A stretch of DNA of 64,000 bases from Bugula neritina (lineage: Eukaryota > Animalia > Bryozoa). A program made the position numbers and the translations under genes. The notes beneath the pieces were generated by a model that was given only the letters and a program-made list of their open reading frames with translations, made no database searches and was not told the DNA's origin. Where the stretch lies: NCBI GenBank assembly GCA_964035545.1, contig OZ037765.1, positions 32,053,504-32,117,503 on the forward strand, in the 5' to 3' direction. Every line of letters starts with the position of its first letter. Position 1 is the first letter of the stretch. This document shows, piece by piece, positions 36,701 to 51,043 of this stretch.

Positions 36701-39700
36701 TAATTACAGCAAGTAAAGTTTTCAAAAAATGTTCATTTGGATGTATTAAGTAGAATTTCAATAATTTATTTTTAAATAAAACTGATTGAATAGTTGAGAT
36801 GTCTATTTCCAAGCTGCATAGATCAATTATTTTACTCTTTCTACATAATGAGTCCTAACATTATTTGCCCGTGTTTTTGTTTTACAGGCCATAGAAGAGA
36901 ATGGGGGTACAGTAGACCCTTCCTACTCCAATAGAGTGACACATGTTCTGGCAGAGACTCAGGCTAGCGATGCCTGTCAGCTGGTAACTCATCTTATATT
37001 ATGTAATGTATATGTAATACGTGTGCATCATTCACGTGATTAAATATAGATTTTTACTGAGTAATAGACGCTTTGCAAAGGTTCCCTGATATCCCCTTTA
37101 CAATTAAGAGTTGTGTCCTCCCAAAGTGAATAGGTTGAACCTTTGTATAAAGAGCAAACTCATTAAAAATTCAAAGTTTGGCTGCTACCTAAACTTCTAA
37201 TTATGCTATATTTTGGTATAAGCACACATATTAGCAGCTTAAAAACAATTTTAAAAATATTTCTTCATGAAAAATTTTGAAGAAAATAAACTTGAAAGCA
37301 TTTGTGTGGTTTTGGCTACTGAGCAATGCTGAAGTAGTTCATTTTGGGAGGACACAATTTTTTAATTGTATGGGGGATATTGGGGACCTCTGAAAAGGGT
37401 CTATACTATGAATGAGTGCTATAACTTTTTCAACTACTTTTAGTGTGGCAAAAGCTACAGCAAATGCATTTTTATGTTTTTCCAATAGTGCATACATATT
37501 GTTGTGTCTGTTTCTTAGATTATAATTGGGTCATTTTACTTAATTTAGTACACACTGTGTACTAAATTAAGTAAAATGACCCAATTCTAAACTTTATAAC
37601 CTTCGACTTCTGAATGGCTATAAAAGTACTCTGTGCACCTAATAATCATAGTATTTTACACACATCAATCTGTTTTACTGTAATATAAGATCTTGTGCAG
37701 GCCCTGAATGACCACAAGAGAGTGGTGACTGCTCATTGGCTCAATGATGTCATAGGAAAGCACAGAATGGAACCTCCGTGGAGGGCTCACCACCTCCCCC
37801 ACCCGCATTCTTCTGGCCACCAGCTCTGCGCTAATCAAGTAGGCTATTTCTCTTTATGCATTCTGATTTTTATTTGTGTACAAATTTAGTTTTTTGTTGT
37901 TAGCAGTTTTAATGTTTCTTTTAGTAATGAAGCCCATTTGATGATATTTAGTGAATTAGTATAATGTTGCACCGGTTGTACACCTGGAAGTTATTTAATT
38001 ATCATAATTATATGATCTTGCAGGAATTTTTTCTCGCCTTTCTTCGGGTAGAAAAATGAAAGTTCAGTAAAAAGGATTTTATTCTCATTAAAGAAACATT
38101 TTCAATATTTTTATGTTGCACACCATTTCATCATTCATATATCCATATATCATCAACAACTGACCACTTGGCATTACCTGCTATTACTCACTCATATACA
38201 TCAATATATATTCAGAGAGCACTTGCTGTGACTCATCCATTTTAACAACTCAGAATAGAGCACCTGTTATGCTTGTCACTCAGGTTGTCGGAGTCACTGG
38301 TTTTTGTCTAGAAGAAAGATGGATTCTGCATGCCTTCGTACGCATGATTGGAGCTTCCTTCACCAACTATTTAGCTCGAAGTAACACAGTTCTCATATGT
38401 AAAAAGTAAGAAAATCTTTCTTTACTAATGCCAAATTTTCTTTTATTTAACTCAATCAGTTGTCTAAGGATGATGCATTATTAGAACCTTGAATTACCAA
38501 TCAACAAACTTTGTTAGCTTAGCTTATGTACTATCAGTGAAAATATGTTAACCAACCTTTTTATTGTATAAATTAGTACACTTTGCTTTCTTGACATATT
38601 TGTACGTAGAAGTTAGTGACATAGCTTTGCTATGATTTATATATAAATTCTTTAGACTAGAAGGTGAGAAAGTGACGAAAGCCCAAGAGTGGGGCATAGA
38701 GTGTGTTAATGTACAGTGGCTATCAGAACTGGTACTGGGTAATCTAAGAGCTCTCAAGCTGCCTATAGATAGGAAGTACAGAGTGTTCAATAAGCCCGAT
38801 GACTTTGCTATAGACCAGAGTATGGCTGCCAGTGTCATGTGTGAGTCTACACCTGCATCTCGTCACTCTCTTGTTTGTTCTACTGTACTAGTTGAATTTA
38901 GATATCATTGCTTAGCTGATGATATTTGGTCGTACTCAAAGTTGGTTTAAGTTGAAAACCTGACTTAGTGATTCCGTTTACATGACTTGTTTTGGGATTT
39001 CATTGGCTGAATTACAAGTTTAGGAATCAATTAGGAAACTCTGTTTAGCCAATCGTAGTGCGCCATTTTTGAAAATGTCCTACATTTTTCAGTAAGCAAG
39101 GCTTACTCTATTTTGAATGCCACTAGTTTTCTAAAGACGGAAATGTGCCCTTGGAACTGTATTTTTCAGCATATTTTTTGACAAAGTACCGAGTGAGTAG
39201 AACTATGACTAGGCCTGGTACTGTTTGTTCACAGCTGGATGGAGGGTACCGTTGAAGATACCGAAGGACAACTGCAGGAAGTTCAAGCCGAGTAGCAAGT
39301 CGGCCGAGGCTGGGTGGGACAACAAGAGGAAGGCAGACGGCGACACTTTTACTCACCCCAACAAGAGGATAAAGTTACAGGAAATACAGAACACGTCGAG
39401 TAATCTGCCGAAAGGACACCGCCCCCACGTCCTACTCACTGGCTACACGGTTAGGGAGAAGGAGAAATACTCTGATGTAAGCTCATGTGAAATCCTGTCA
39501 ATATCGAATATATTACAACATTTCCTAGTTTTTCAACTGTACCATTTCGTTATTACATAACACCAAGGTTTTATATTGTAGAACTTACTTACTCAATATT
39601 TTGTTTGTTGTTTTTAAAACATAAAATGTCCAGTTCAAAGTTTGCTTTTTTAAAGTAAGTTGAAGTTGACTCGCTACGCTGGACTATAGATCAGTAACAC

Positions 39701-41724
39701 TGTGAGTGTTTTTTCGTTTCAGCTTAGTCAGGTAGACACTTTTTGAAAATTAAAATAAATTAAGTAAGAAAGTATTTTTGAACAGTAATGAGATGTTAAA
39801 AGTCAAACTGTTTGAGTATGCAATGCTGTAAATGTTGGCCTGTGTTTCCAACAGATTGTGCGGTCTCTGGGTGGGGTTGTGTGCGAAGATGTTAGGAAGT
39901 GCACCCACCTCATTGCCGAAAAAGTTCTGAGGACCCCCAACTTCCTGCTAGCCATGAACTACTGCTCATACATCTCATCGTCTGATTGGGTCACTGAAAG
40001 CATGAAGTCAGGCCACTTTGTAGGTAAGAATGTACAATAGAATCACCATAATATGTTTACCTGCGGTGTCTTTTCTCCCTTTTTATTGTATGTGGACACA
40101 AATAAAGCTGAAACATTATTTTTGGCCATGAAAAAGTCGTAACAGAGTTTACTAGTTTAACAAAGTGAATTTTCCACATTGGGGAAGCAGCTCTCTTTTC
40201 AACATTTGATTTAGCATTATCTATTACCGTTTCTTTGAAAATTTTTGAGTTTTGCTGAATTCTCTTTTTCACTTGAGTGTATCATTTTCCTTCCCAATAA
40301 CCTGCTGTCAATTGTTAAAAGCTCTAGTGATTTAAGATAATTGGCAACTTTCCAAGTCTCCAACTGATCTAATAGGTGACAGTTGGACTACTCATATAAT
40401 TGCGGAATAAGTGATTTTACATATGATAGAGAGAACTCATAATGTCTTTCTTCTACAGATGAGAGAGTGTTCACTCTGCAAAACAGCGATGCCGGAAGCA
40501 TGTGGAATATTCTAGAAGCTCTGGAGAGACGCAATAACCAAGGAAAGCCATTTGCAGTGTGTATTCTATATTCTTACCTCTTTCTTTTATTAATTGTTTA
40601 AATTCTCTGTTGCAAAGCAAACAATATAGTAAACTACATTTTATTCAGAGGAAACAAAAAGAATTATGGGTAAACAAAAAACAGACTCTCCCCCCATTAC
40701 AAATAATAGTATATAAGAGTTGTCTACTGTAAATACATGTATGACAACTCCCACAGTAGTGTGTAATATTGTGTACTGTGTACAAATGAAAGTTCTAGTG
40801 TTTATTACATTCAATAACAGTGAGTCAATTTTATCTCACATTTACTTTTAGGATCTGCAGTTTCATCTGACTCCCGGTGTGTCGTTGTCCACTTCCTTGT
40901 CTCGTAACTTCCTGTCGGAGTTGATAACTGCTGCCGGAGGCAGCATCCAGTCACCTGATGAGAAGCGATGGCCTGTCCGGAAGATACTAGAAAACGTCAA
41001 AAACAGCCAAGTTTGTACCCACTGCTTTTGATCTGAATGTAGTTGTCTTGGTAACGTTTTAGTTTATTGTATTATGTTATATTGTTGTATAAATTGTTTG
41101 TTATATATTTAACCTGCAGAATGGCAAGCCAACGTATATAGTTATATCTTGTAAGGATGATGTACATATCTGCATGGATATTCTTCGAGCCAATCAGGGT
41201 ATGCGTATAGTACTTCTGCTTCATTTGCTAGTACAGTACACGTTCACTGCTCGTTGTCAACCAGTAAAATTTGCTAAATAATATGTTCTCAAAAGCAGAA
41301 GAAAAAAATTTTTAAATAATTTTTGGCACTATTGGTATTTTTGTTTGTATCAGTATTTTGGAACCTATAGGTGTGTTTGTGTCTGCTTGAGGGTGTGTTC
41401 ACGTGTATTACCTACAACTTAATATTTCTTTTAATATTTATGGTCATTGTTAGTGTTATTATAATTTGTATGAGTGTTTTAAAACCTACAGATCTTTGCG
41501 AGCTTGCATGTGTTTGTGCGTGCATGCATGCTTACTGTAATATTATATTTTATGCAATTGAAAGATAGTAGAAAGATAAGTTTAGCAGATGAAGTTGTCT
41601 TCATTTGTTAACCTCACTGCTTGCAGACGTGTATTCCGTTGAATTCATCTTATCGGGAGTCATGAATCAAGTAGCGCCGTACGACGCTGTGCTTTGTGTC
41701 AAGGAAACTAAGCAGGCAAATTAG
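33750..41724 (+). CDS. PAXIP1: PAX-interacting protein 1 (PTIP), multi-BRCT protein
   Basis: N-terminal BRCT pair (LFSSLQYYIAG, DIPVVSCDWV, LWAMITFHGG, VVTPDWVVDC), P/Q/S-rich linker, central BRCTs (KRVVTAHWLNDV, KAQEWGIECVNVQWL) and a C-terminal BRCT pair (CTHLIAEKVLRTPNFLLA, VYSVEFILSGV). Confidence 0.9.
37064..37404. mobile_element. MITE with ~65-bp imperfect terminal inverted repeats in a PAXIP1 intron
   Basis: ATAGACGCTTTGCA...TTGTGTCCTCCCAAAGTGAA pairs with TTCATTTTGGGAGGACACAA...TGAAAAGGGTCTAT. Confidence 0.75.
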
Positions 41725-43050
41725 TCTGACGTCAGATGAGAAAAAGAAACCAGCATTTCAGCAGCTTCAGATCAGAGAGCAAAGGTTATCTGTAGGACTC
41801 TTTGTTGTTAGAGTCACATTCTGTAGCTCTGTACTATGATGTACATAATTATTCTGCTAACTTCCCTGTTATATATTGTAATTACTTGTAAATTATACTC
41901 ATGTTTTATTATTATTATTTACTAATCTGTGCAGTTTTGTAATGCGTATAATTTTTAGTATAATTATATGAATATACAAGTCTATAGACACTCTACTCAG
42001 CTAATACAATAAACTCATATAATTATGTATTATTTTGTGGTGGATATTATGTGGTTGAATAAATATTTTAACATTGCCTTATTTGGTTAATTATAGCAAA
42101 TTTCAAACTGGTAAATTTATATAGAAAATCTATTGCACGATTGAAATGTTGCTAAAGATTTGCTATGCAGCATGTCTATTGGGTTTGGCAACTTGGCGAT
42201 TCATACAATTTTATCTTAAGAAATAGCTGCAGCTATTTTCTTGCTCAAAATAATATTGATTCATTATTTCTCAATAGCTGTATCTATTGAAAAGAGTAAT
42301 TTCTTTTAAATATGAACAAATTGTCAGGTGCAAAATGATGCCCTTCGCAATGAAAAGCTGTCTATTTTCTAAAGTAGCTTCTTAACTCGCAACCATTATA
42401 GTGAAAAAAACCGTATAAAAAGTTTATGAAGCAACTACGTTCTATTTTGTGGTTTTAGTTATTCACACTAAATACTTTATAATGTAGTTAGCTCCATATA
42501 ATAAAACTAATACTCGACAAACTATGGCCTTTCCAAGCATAATATATATATTATATACATAATATATACATATACAGTTAACAAAGTATTTGACATTAAT
42601 ACCTAAATTTAGGACAAATTTAAGGCTTCGAATTTGCTGTTCATAGCTCATATAAATGCAGCGTGAATATATTTCTAAAAAAGAGTAATATAAAAAGACA
42701 GAATACATTCATTATTGCTATCTTTGAGGTTATACACTACACAATCAATTATTGCTATCTTTAGGGTTATCTATTCCAATGGTAATTCCTCGCGTTTGTT
42801 TATTAGACTGTTTGTAGGCATGTAGTTATTCGTGCAAACAAGATTTATTCCGCATCAAATCACAAGTATGATATCATTATAAATTTTCTAAGCTTCCGTT
42901 AATCTGAATAGTATTTTCATCAATTCGAGTCCAAGCTAGTGACAGCAATTTAGATCAATACTATTACTAAATAGCTTGTGTTGGCTTCCCTGTCAAACTA
43001 AGTTATCTACAGTAATATTCATATAGTTAAGCAAAGAGCTAAAATTTGAA

Positions 43051-45241
43051 ATGAGTCTCTTTGAGAAAATATTTGGTTCTAAAAAGAAGGGAGAGGCTCC
43101 TTCTCCCCAAGAAGCAATTCAACGACTCAGAGAAGTGCAGGAAATGCTTACGAAAAAGTCTGACTTTTTAGAGAAAAAAGTTGAACACGAACTAGCAACA
43201 GCCAAAAAAGCTGGTACAAAAAATAAAAGAGGTGAATATATCATTCCCGCATCTTTTACTTTTATTGATTGGTAATTTTATAATATAATTAAATATCATT
43301 TTCATTTTGAAATTGATTGTGATGATTTATCATAGTATCAGTATGAGTCATTATCATTCTCATTTTCTTAGTCACACTGATGCTCATGGTGATAGAGTTA
43401 TGTTGTTTCATTTTTAATGTTTTATATTAACTTTAAGTTTAATTATAATATACATGTAAAACTGATGATTTATATAATAACATTAACTTACAGCTCATGT
43501 ATTTAATTTTATGTAAGCTTACAGTTATAAATAGGTTGGTACTAAATTTGATATTTCAGGTAACATATTAAAAAGTATTAATGGGCTAATTTTATTTGAT
43601 TTGTCACTTAGAATATGCTCAGTATTTGTGGTTTTGTAAACGAAAACATCTCGTTTCTCATTGTCTTTTCTTATTTAAGCTGTTTCACTATTTCCCCTCT
43701 TGTGTATTTTGTGTTGCTGTCTTTCTGACAGCTTTCCTATTTGACCTTGGCAGATATTGGGCATGTTTGTTGGTAAACAACTGTTTTTTTTCCAACTTTT
43801 AGTTGCCCTAGCAGCACTAAAAAGAAAGAAGAGATATGAGAAGCAACTTCAACAGATTGACGGTACCCTTTCTACTATTGAGTTTCAAACAGAAGCATTG
43901 GAAAATGCTAATACTAATACAGAGGTCCTCAAAGTCATGAGAACTGCTGGGCAGGCACTGAAAGGAGCCCATCAAAACTTGTATGTTATTAAGTCCTGTT
44001 CACCTTCTAAAGTTGCAAAAGCTGTTTCTCTAACCTATTTATTTATGGTGTTCTCGACACAAATATATATACAATAAAAAAGTTGTGGAGCTATATATTT
44101 GTCAACTCCGCTCATGTTATGTTATTTTTTCATATGTAACTCAGATTATTTCCGTACCCTACATAGACGTGTAAACGGAGCACACCACCATGCATCATAT
44201 GTTTCACATAGACACATGTATTATATAATCATAGATATTTATACAAAGTTTATTATATTTTACATAGGGATGTAGACCAAGTACACGATATTATGGATGA
44301 CTTAGCCGAACAGCATGAGATAGCCAACGAAGTGTCAGAAGCAATCAGTGCTCCTGTCGGATTTGGACACGACTATGATGAGGTCAGTAGTCTCCTTGAA
44401 CTGCATGATTTCAAAATATATTCTGCAGATGAATTTTGTTGTATGTAACTCTCCTAATTTAAAATTAACCAGACAAAACAAGGCTGGTTTGTTTAATGGG
44501 CAAACAGGCTTTGAGATACCGTCATAGTTCAAAAAGTGTGAGTTTTAAAGCATATAGTATATAGTGAAGTATGCATAAGACTAGCAAGAAGTGATGGTTG
44601 AGTATCTTCAATCTTACACCCAGAGAGTCCTGCTTAAACATGGCCTGGTGAAAACTTTCAGTAACTATTTAATGACCGTTAATTGCTTTCTGTTTACAGG
44701 ATGAGTTGAACGAAGAGTTGGAGGCACTGGAAGAGGAAGAACTCGTTAGCCAAATTGTGGGTATAGATGAGCCAACCGGCCTACCCAGCGTACCTACCTC
44801 CAGCCTTCCCGCTGCCAGAACTACCAGTGAGTGTACAAGTACTGTCTGGTTATGTGTTGCTGTGTTGTTAGTCAGCATTATTGATTAGTTGATTTATTAT
44901 ATATATTACACAGGCATGAAAACAGGTTGGGGAAATTTAGTCTAAATACTGGCTATAATAAGTAGACATGAACAAAGTTGGAAAATAAGTCAGAACTCTG
45001 TTGGATTATTTAAAGTAAAAGGTCATTTAAAGTATTTACAATGTGTCGTAAAAAGCTGCTTTTCCTTTGAAAGTTGTTGGAAGCAAAAATATGTTTAATT
45101 TGCTTTCTAATCATAGTTGAGCTTAGAGTATGTTTATGACAGCCAGAAGTATTAATATGATTTCCTGGTGATGTTACAGCAACAGCGGCAGCGGAAGAGG
45201 ATGATGAGATGGCTGAGTTGAACGCATGGGCTGCTGCGTAA
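43051..45241 (+). CDS. CHMP4: ESCRT-III subunit CHMP4/Snf7/Shrub, copy A
   Basis: Five exons: MSLFEKIFG...PQEAIQRLRE..EMLTKKSDFLEKK, ALAALKRKKRYEKQLQQIDGTLSTIE, acidic C-terminus ending EEDDEMAELNAWAAA*. Confidence 0.95.
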
Positions 45242-46805
45242 GGCTTTGGTTGACTTGTTTCAAAAAAGGTAAAATTGCAGTTTCTTCTTAAAATTTCGGA
45301 TGTAAAATTACTTTGGCAATTAAAATGTGACTACCACCTGTGTGTGGTGCAATAATGTCATGTCTATTCTATCATTCAAAGGGTTTTTTTAGATTTTAAG
45401 CTGCTTCTGTTACTCAACTATCTAGCTGAAGCTGAACTGAGATAATTGTGAAAATATAACCTACAATAAAGGAAAAAATATTTCCCATAAAGATGTTTTT
45501 CATTCTTACATAATATTGTCTCCCTCTACCATGAAGTTCATTTTTTTCTGAAGTATATATTTCTATACTGTATAACCACATGATGAATTATATTATGTGA
45601 TAGCGGAAGAAGTTAGATATATGAATATATATTTTAATGAGTGTTCGTATTTTAGGTCTAGTTGTATTTGTGTAAAGCCCTATTACTCATCATCCTAACG
45701 AGATTTTTCAGTACAGCTATCACACCTGACTAGTACCTTGAGAGATGAACAGCTCAACTGCAAACTCTAACCAAAACTGCAAACTTAAAGTACTATTCAA
45801 TAGACATCTAACTGTGTAGTATTGTATTTCATCAACCCAGCTGTATTATATCATAGTGTATGCCATATTTTTATATTGACAACATATTATATGCTCTTAA
45901 TGTTACAATAATAATCGTTTGTACTGCTATTAACTATAAAATAAAGACCTAAATTATTATACAAATTAAAATAGTTGTCACTCACCCAAAAAGTGCTCAT
46001 TAAGTTATTTATAAAGCGTTTACACTACACTATACACAGGAGTGACATAAATATCAACAGAACATATAAAAATACAGAGAAAATTCAAGTCAGATCATCT
46101 GAAGTACTGCGGGTTGAATGACACCCACCCTGTTTCTTAGCTTCGTCGCTGCTAGTGAACAGTGACTTGTACACTTCACTCGACTTGGGGTCATCTTGAA
46201 CAGACAGAGATTTGCTTTTTACAGTCTTTGCTGCCGAACTGGCAGCAGTAGCAGACTTTGACTTGCTTTTGTCCAACGACGTCTCACCTTTGTCTGCGAG
46301 CTTTGCTGCCTTTGAAGAAGGCTCCCCCTCGCTGTCGGTCTTAGCTTTCTTCTTGCCTTTCTTGGACTGTTTGGCAACGAGTCTTCTCTCCTCCATTCGA
46401 CTCTTCATCAGCTCAAAGTCAGCGTCATCTCCGTTTAGAACTATTACATCATCGGCAGCATAGGGCTTGGCACACTGACAACAACATACTATGTATACAA
46501 CTCATATTCATGACACTCAACACTCTGTAGAGTATAACAGAGTTACCATGGTTCAGTTTGCAATGTAAGATGTGACAAGCTGACAAAAAATGTATCACCA
46601 GCTGACACTTCAAGGTTAACTAAGCAGAAATAATTTATGCTCAAGCCGAAAGTGATACTTTACGGGCAGGGCAGTGGACGTCCCTCACTGACCTTATGAC
46701 AAAGAGATGAAGGAACCTCCTTGAGTGCTCTTTCAGAAATTACACACCCACAGGTCCATATGAAGCAGAATCTGCAAAAAGCGTTGAAAATATAAAAAAT
46801 ATTTC

Positions 46806-47174
46806 TGTATAGCGCGCAGTAGCTGTATAGCACACGCAGTAGCTGTATAGCGCGCAGTAGCTGTATAGCGCGCAGTAGCTGTATAGCGCGCAGTAGCTGT
46901 ATAGCGCGCAGTAGCTGTATAGCGCGCAGTAGCTGTATAGCGCGCAGTAGCTGTATAGCGCGCAGTAGCTGTATAGCGCGCAGTAGCTGTATAGCGCGCA
47001 GTAGCTGTATAGCGCGCAGTAGCTGTATAGCGCGCAGTAGCTGTATAGCGCGCAGTAGCTGTATAGCGCGCAGTAGCTGTATAGCGCGCAGTAGCTGTAT
47101 AGCGCGCAGTAGCTGTATAGCGCGCAGTAGCTGTATAGCGTGCAGTAGCTGTATAGCGCGCAGTAGCTGTATAG
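46806..47174. repeat. 18-bp tandem repeat (CGCGCAGTAGCTGTATAG), ~20 copies
   Basis: Expanded only in RTF2 copy A. Copy B has a single CACGCAGTAGCTGTATAG at ~56223. Confidence 0.97.
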
Positions 47175-48252
47175 CATGTGTATGGAAAGAGAATGAATAT
47201 GTGGAGGTGAAGTATGAGTGAACCTGTGTTTTCCATTCATTTCAAGGCCAGTGACGGGGCAAATGTAGGGGGCGCAGTTTGAGATGTCCATTTCATTATC
47301 AGTTCTGGGCAAGGCAGGGTTATCTGTTAGCTGCAACGCTTTCACATTCTTCAGTCCTCTGATGTGGGCCAACTTGGCAACACCCTCGTACTTTTGCTTG
47401 TCAAGTAGGCACTCCAACACTGATTCCTTGTTGTACAGACTGTGAGCAAACAAAATAACCTGTTTACTATATAAAAGAACAATCTAGTTCATTAAAATGC
47501 ATTCCAATATTGAAATGAAATATGAAAACAATACTGCCCAATTTATAAAAGATATAACTTTAGTTATTACGAAATGCTAAAGAACAAAATCATAAGAGTT
47601 TAAGGCCTTCAGCATGGCATTACAAAACCTTCTTAACAGGCAGTGCTGAAGCTTCATTTCATATACTTGAGTCATAACCAAATTTCAGTTTGTATGTGTA
47701 CATTACTTTCCTACAATCAAGCTCTGTTGTGATTTGAATGTAACAGTTGGACTTTGGAAATAATCTTATTTGTCTTATTCAAGCATACACATTCTATTCA
47801 TCACAGCGAGTCAAGTATGAACTGAGTTATTAAAATCACAAGCAGAGTGGTATATATTAGGAGTGTTGACTTTAGGAAACCTTACGGAACCATATGGGCG
47901 CCATTATGCCGAGATTGGTACCGCGAGTTTATATAAGTTATAAAGGAAAAATTTTGCCACTTTTGTTATTTTATTTTTTTTCTATTTTATGTGTACATTT
48001 TTTTTAGTTTTGTTTATTGGTAAAGTTTTTAAACACATTTTTAATGCACATAAAATTAAAAAAAATTAAAACTCACTCATGCACGTAAATACAAAGCTAT
48101 AAATTTTAAGCTTCGCTGTGATTACAATGTGAATATGAATTGAATAATGCTTGCAATAACCATTTTACACAAAATACGTTACAGTTGCTATAAATATGAG
48201 ACTAGTAAATTGGATGCAAATAGGCACGGTAATACTACTTAAGTTATGCTAT

Positions 48253-48656
48253 TGTTGTAATTTTGTGGATTATAAGAATAGACTAGTAGTCTGCATGCCA
48301 ATTATTGTGATAAAAATAAAGAGTCTTGATTATGATAAATCTATGAGTATTTATTGCTTCTTACTTCTTTGAGCTCCTGTACAAGAATGAATTAACTTTG
48401 AAAAGCTTCGCACTTATATAGGGGGGAATTCCCGCCACTAATGAGGGGCCGAAACTCGTGCGAACGTCGGGGTTCCGCCGACCGACATGGGGGGGGGAGT
48501 ACTGCCCGATCTCGGGCAGGTCCCTCCGACATCGTGTCTTCGGTCTCCGACTTCGCACGGGTCTCGGCTTACATATAATAAAAGAAAAACGAGTGCGAGG
48601 GAACATAACTCTATAAAAAAAAGAAGAACATAGTATATTTGAGCGAATCCATTACA
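48253..48656 (+). mobile_element. Solo LTR inserted in the left arm of the fold-back element
   Basis: TG...CA ends (TGTTGTAAT...ATTACA), 4-bp TSD CTAT, absent from the right arm, TATATA at 48415 and AATAAA at ~48577. Confidence 0.75.
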
Positions 48657-48694
48657 CTATTTTTGAAATTTGTAGTAAATATTTGGCATGTATA

Positions 48695-48746
<52 letters not shown>

Positions 48747-48908
48747 CATGCTAAATATATATATATATTTGGCATATATATATATATATATATATTATAC
48801 ATGCTAAATATATATATATATTTGGCATATATATATATATATATATATATTATACATGCCAAATATATATATATATATTTATATATTTAGCATGTATAAT
48901 ATATATAC

Positions 48909-48942
<34 letters not shown>

Positions 48943-48979
48943 TATACATGCCACATATATATATATATATATATATATA

Positions 48980-50803
48980 CAGGGATGTAGTGGCAAAAAT
49001 ATTCTAGGCCATACTCTCAGGCTGAGGGTCCAGGGGGCCGCCTAGGCCCCCGGCGGGGTCCGGGGCAGCGCCCCGGCCGCCGAAGCCCTCAGAGCGCTTC
49101 TGATGCAAATTTATGCAATTTAAAGCCATTGTGAATTATAATTCTTCTGAAAAAAATCTGTGTTGAAATGTGCACTTCGCTATTATTTTCATACCATACC
49201 ATGCAGCTATACATGACGACTGGGCATTGCTGCAAACTATATAAATATTCAGTCTGGTCCCATACTTGTTGACTGTAATGTAATGTAATGTAGTCTTACT
49301 CAACTGCAGTTAGGTTTGTTCTGACACTAAGTCCAACCTGTACAAAAAAATTGCTGAATATCTCAAAAAGATGGAAGGATAGAGGCAGGTAACAAGTGCT
49401 CTCCAAATGCAACCTGATTACTTTAAATAACTAATACACTGCCGTGCACAGAAGAAGAATAATAGATCAGAACAGAGAAAGATTGCTAATCAGAAAATGT
49501 GTGTTGGTTATTTATAAAGAGAAATTTGAATTGATAACTCATTGGCAAGCAGAAATTGGTTGAAAACCTATTTGGAGTTTATTAGAGTACTATAATATGT
49601 CTAATCCATAAGGTGATACCGCCACACCTCCTTACACACAATAAAGCACACCCAAGAAGAGTATGTTAACTTGGTTTTAAAATAAAACCCCTGAGCTTCC
49701 ACTAAATACATCAAGGAAATATACCCCAAAAGAACAAATTTGACAGGTTTAATATGTGTTAACCTAGAAGATGATTAAATATAAAGCCAGATGTTAGTTA
49801 GTACAATCAAACATAAAAGGTTACTTATGGTGGTGTACAGTTTGCAAAACCTTATTGCATTAATAATTAACATGCAATAACGCTAGGTTTTTGACCAAAA
49901 TGTGGATATAGTACCTGTAGACCTCAGTGATAAACTTTCATTAGACTCTCCTACACACCTGGTACTGTTTCTTGAAGACATTTTGATTTTATTTCTGGAT
50001 TTCATGTTGGTTTTTTCCAAATTCCATTGCTTATTGACAAAATGCAAGCCTACACAAGATAGATAAGGGCAACCTTCTAGTTGTCACAGCCTTGCTGAGG
50101 CCACATTATTAGTATATTATAAGAATTCAGTCCCCTAAAATAAAACCTCACTTAATTGTGCTAGAATTAAAATTTAAAAACCATGTTTTAGATCTTCCTG
50201 TTCCTCAGAGCACCTGCTTTTTTGAGTTTTCAATATTTTTTTGCAAAGTTAGACAAAAATCTACCCATTTTTGGTCAATTTTACCTGAAAAATTTATTTT
50301 TCAATCCCTGCCAAATATCTCAGCAGGAAAGCATGGTATTTGAATAGAACAAACACTGTTGGAAACCTGAGAAATTTATGCATGACATATTTTTTGATCT
50401 TTTCAATAGCCTTCATAGATTTTCTACAAGTTAGTGATTTATACACTGAAAATGAAATATTGTTTCCTTAGTAATCACCAATGCACAGCACTTCGCGCTT
50501 CAATGAACACGTAGAGATGAGAAGATGTAATGTTGATAGCTGCATAATATTATTCATAGTGTAATCTCAGGCTAAACAATCACAAGTAGGCAACACGCAT
50601 GCCACCCACATAGCATTAACATAACAAGAACTTGAATTAGATTGTGAGCGAAATTTATGATATTCTCAGTGAGGATGCCCAAACTATCCTGTGCACTAAT
50701 CATCTTTCAAAAATATTTATGCCCATACGGGCGTATGGCCTAGAACAGTCTAATTTCTTCTAGGCCATACGGCGTATGGGACCGTATGGGTACCACTACA
50801 TCC

Positions 50804-50806
<3 letters not shown>
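48980..50806. mobile_element. Nested non-autonomous TIR element sitting in (TA)n
   Basis: 14-bp perfect TIR CAGGGATGTAGTGG/CCACTACATCCCTG, subterminal TTCTAGGCCATAC and CCATACG..CGTATGG repeats, GC-rich subterminal block at 49020-49095. No transposase ORF seen. Confidence 0.8.
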
Positions 50807-50869
<63 letters not shown>

Positions 50870-50919
50870 CATGCCAAATATATATTTATATATTTGGCAT
50901 GAATAATATATATATATAC

Positions 50920-51043
<124 letters not shown>

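Noticed and set aside
46212-46463. Antisense ORFs (also 55571-55822, 1138-1446, 61121-62194)
   Set aside because: They are shadow ORFs opposite real coding exons and have no independent support.
46733-47236. ORFs with (TATARY)n / (YSYCAL)n repeats; the array is superficially CRISPR-like
   Set aside because: It is a spacerless 18-bp intronic tandem repeat, with no unique spacers and no cas genes, in a eukaryotic context.
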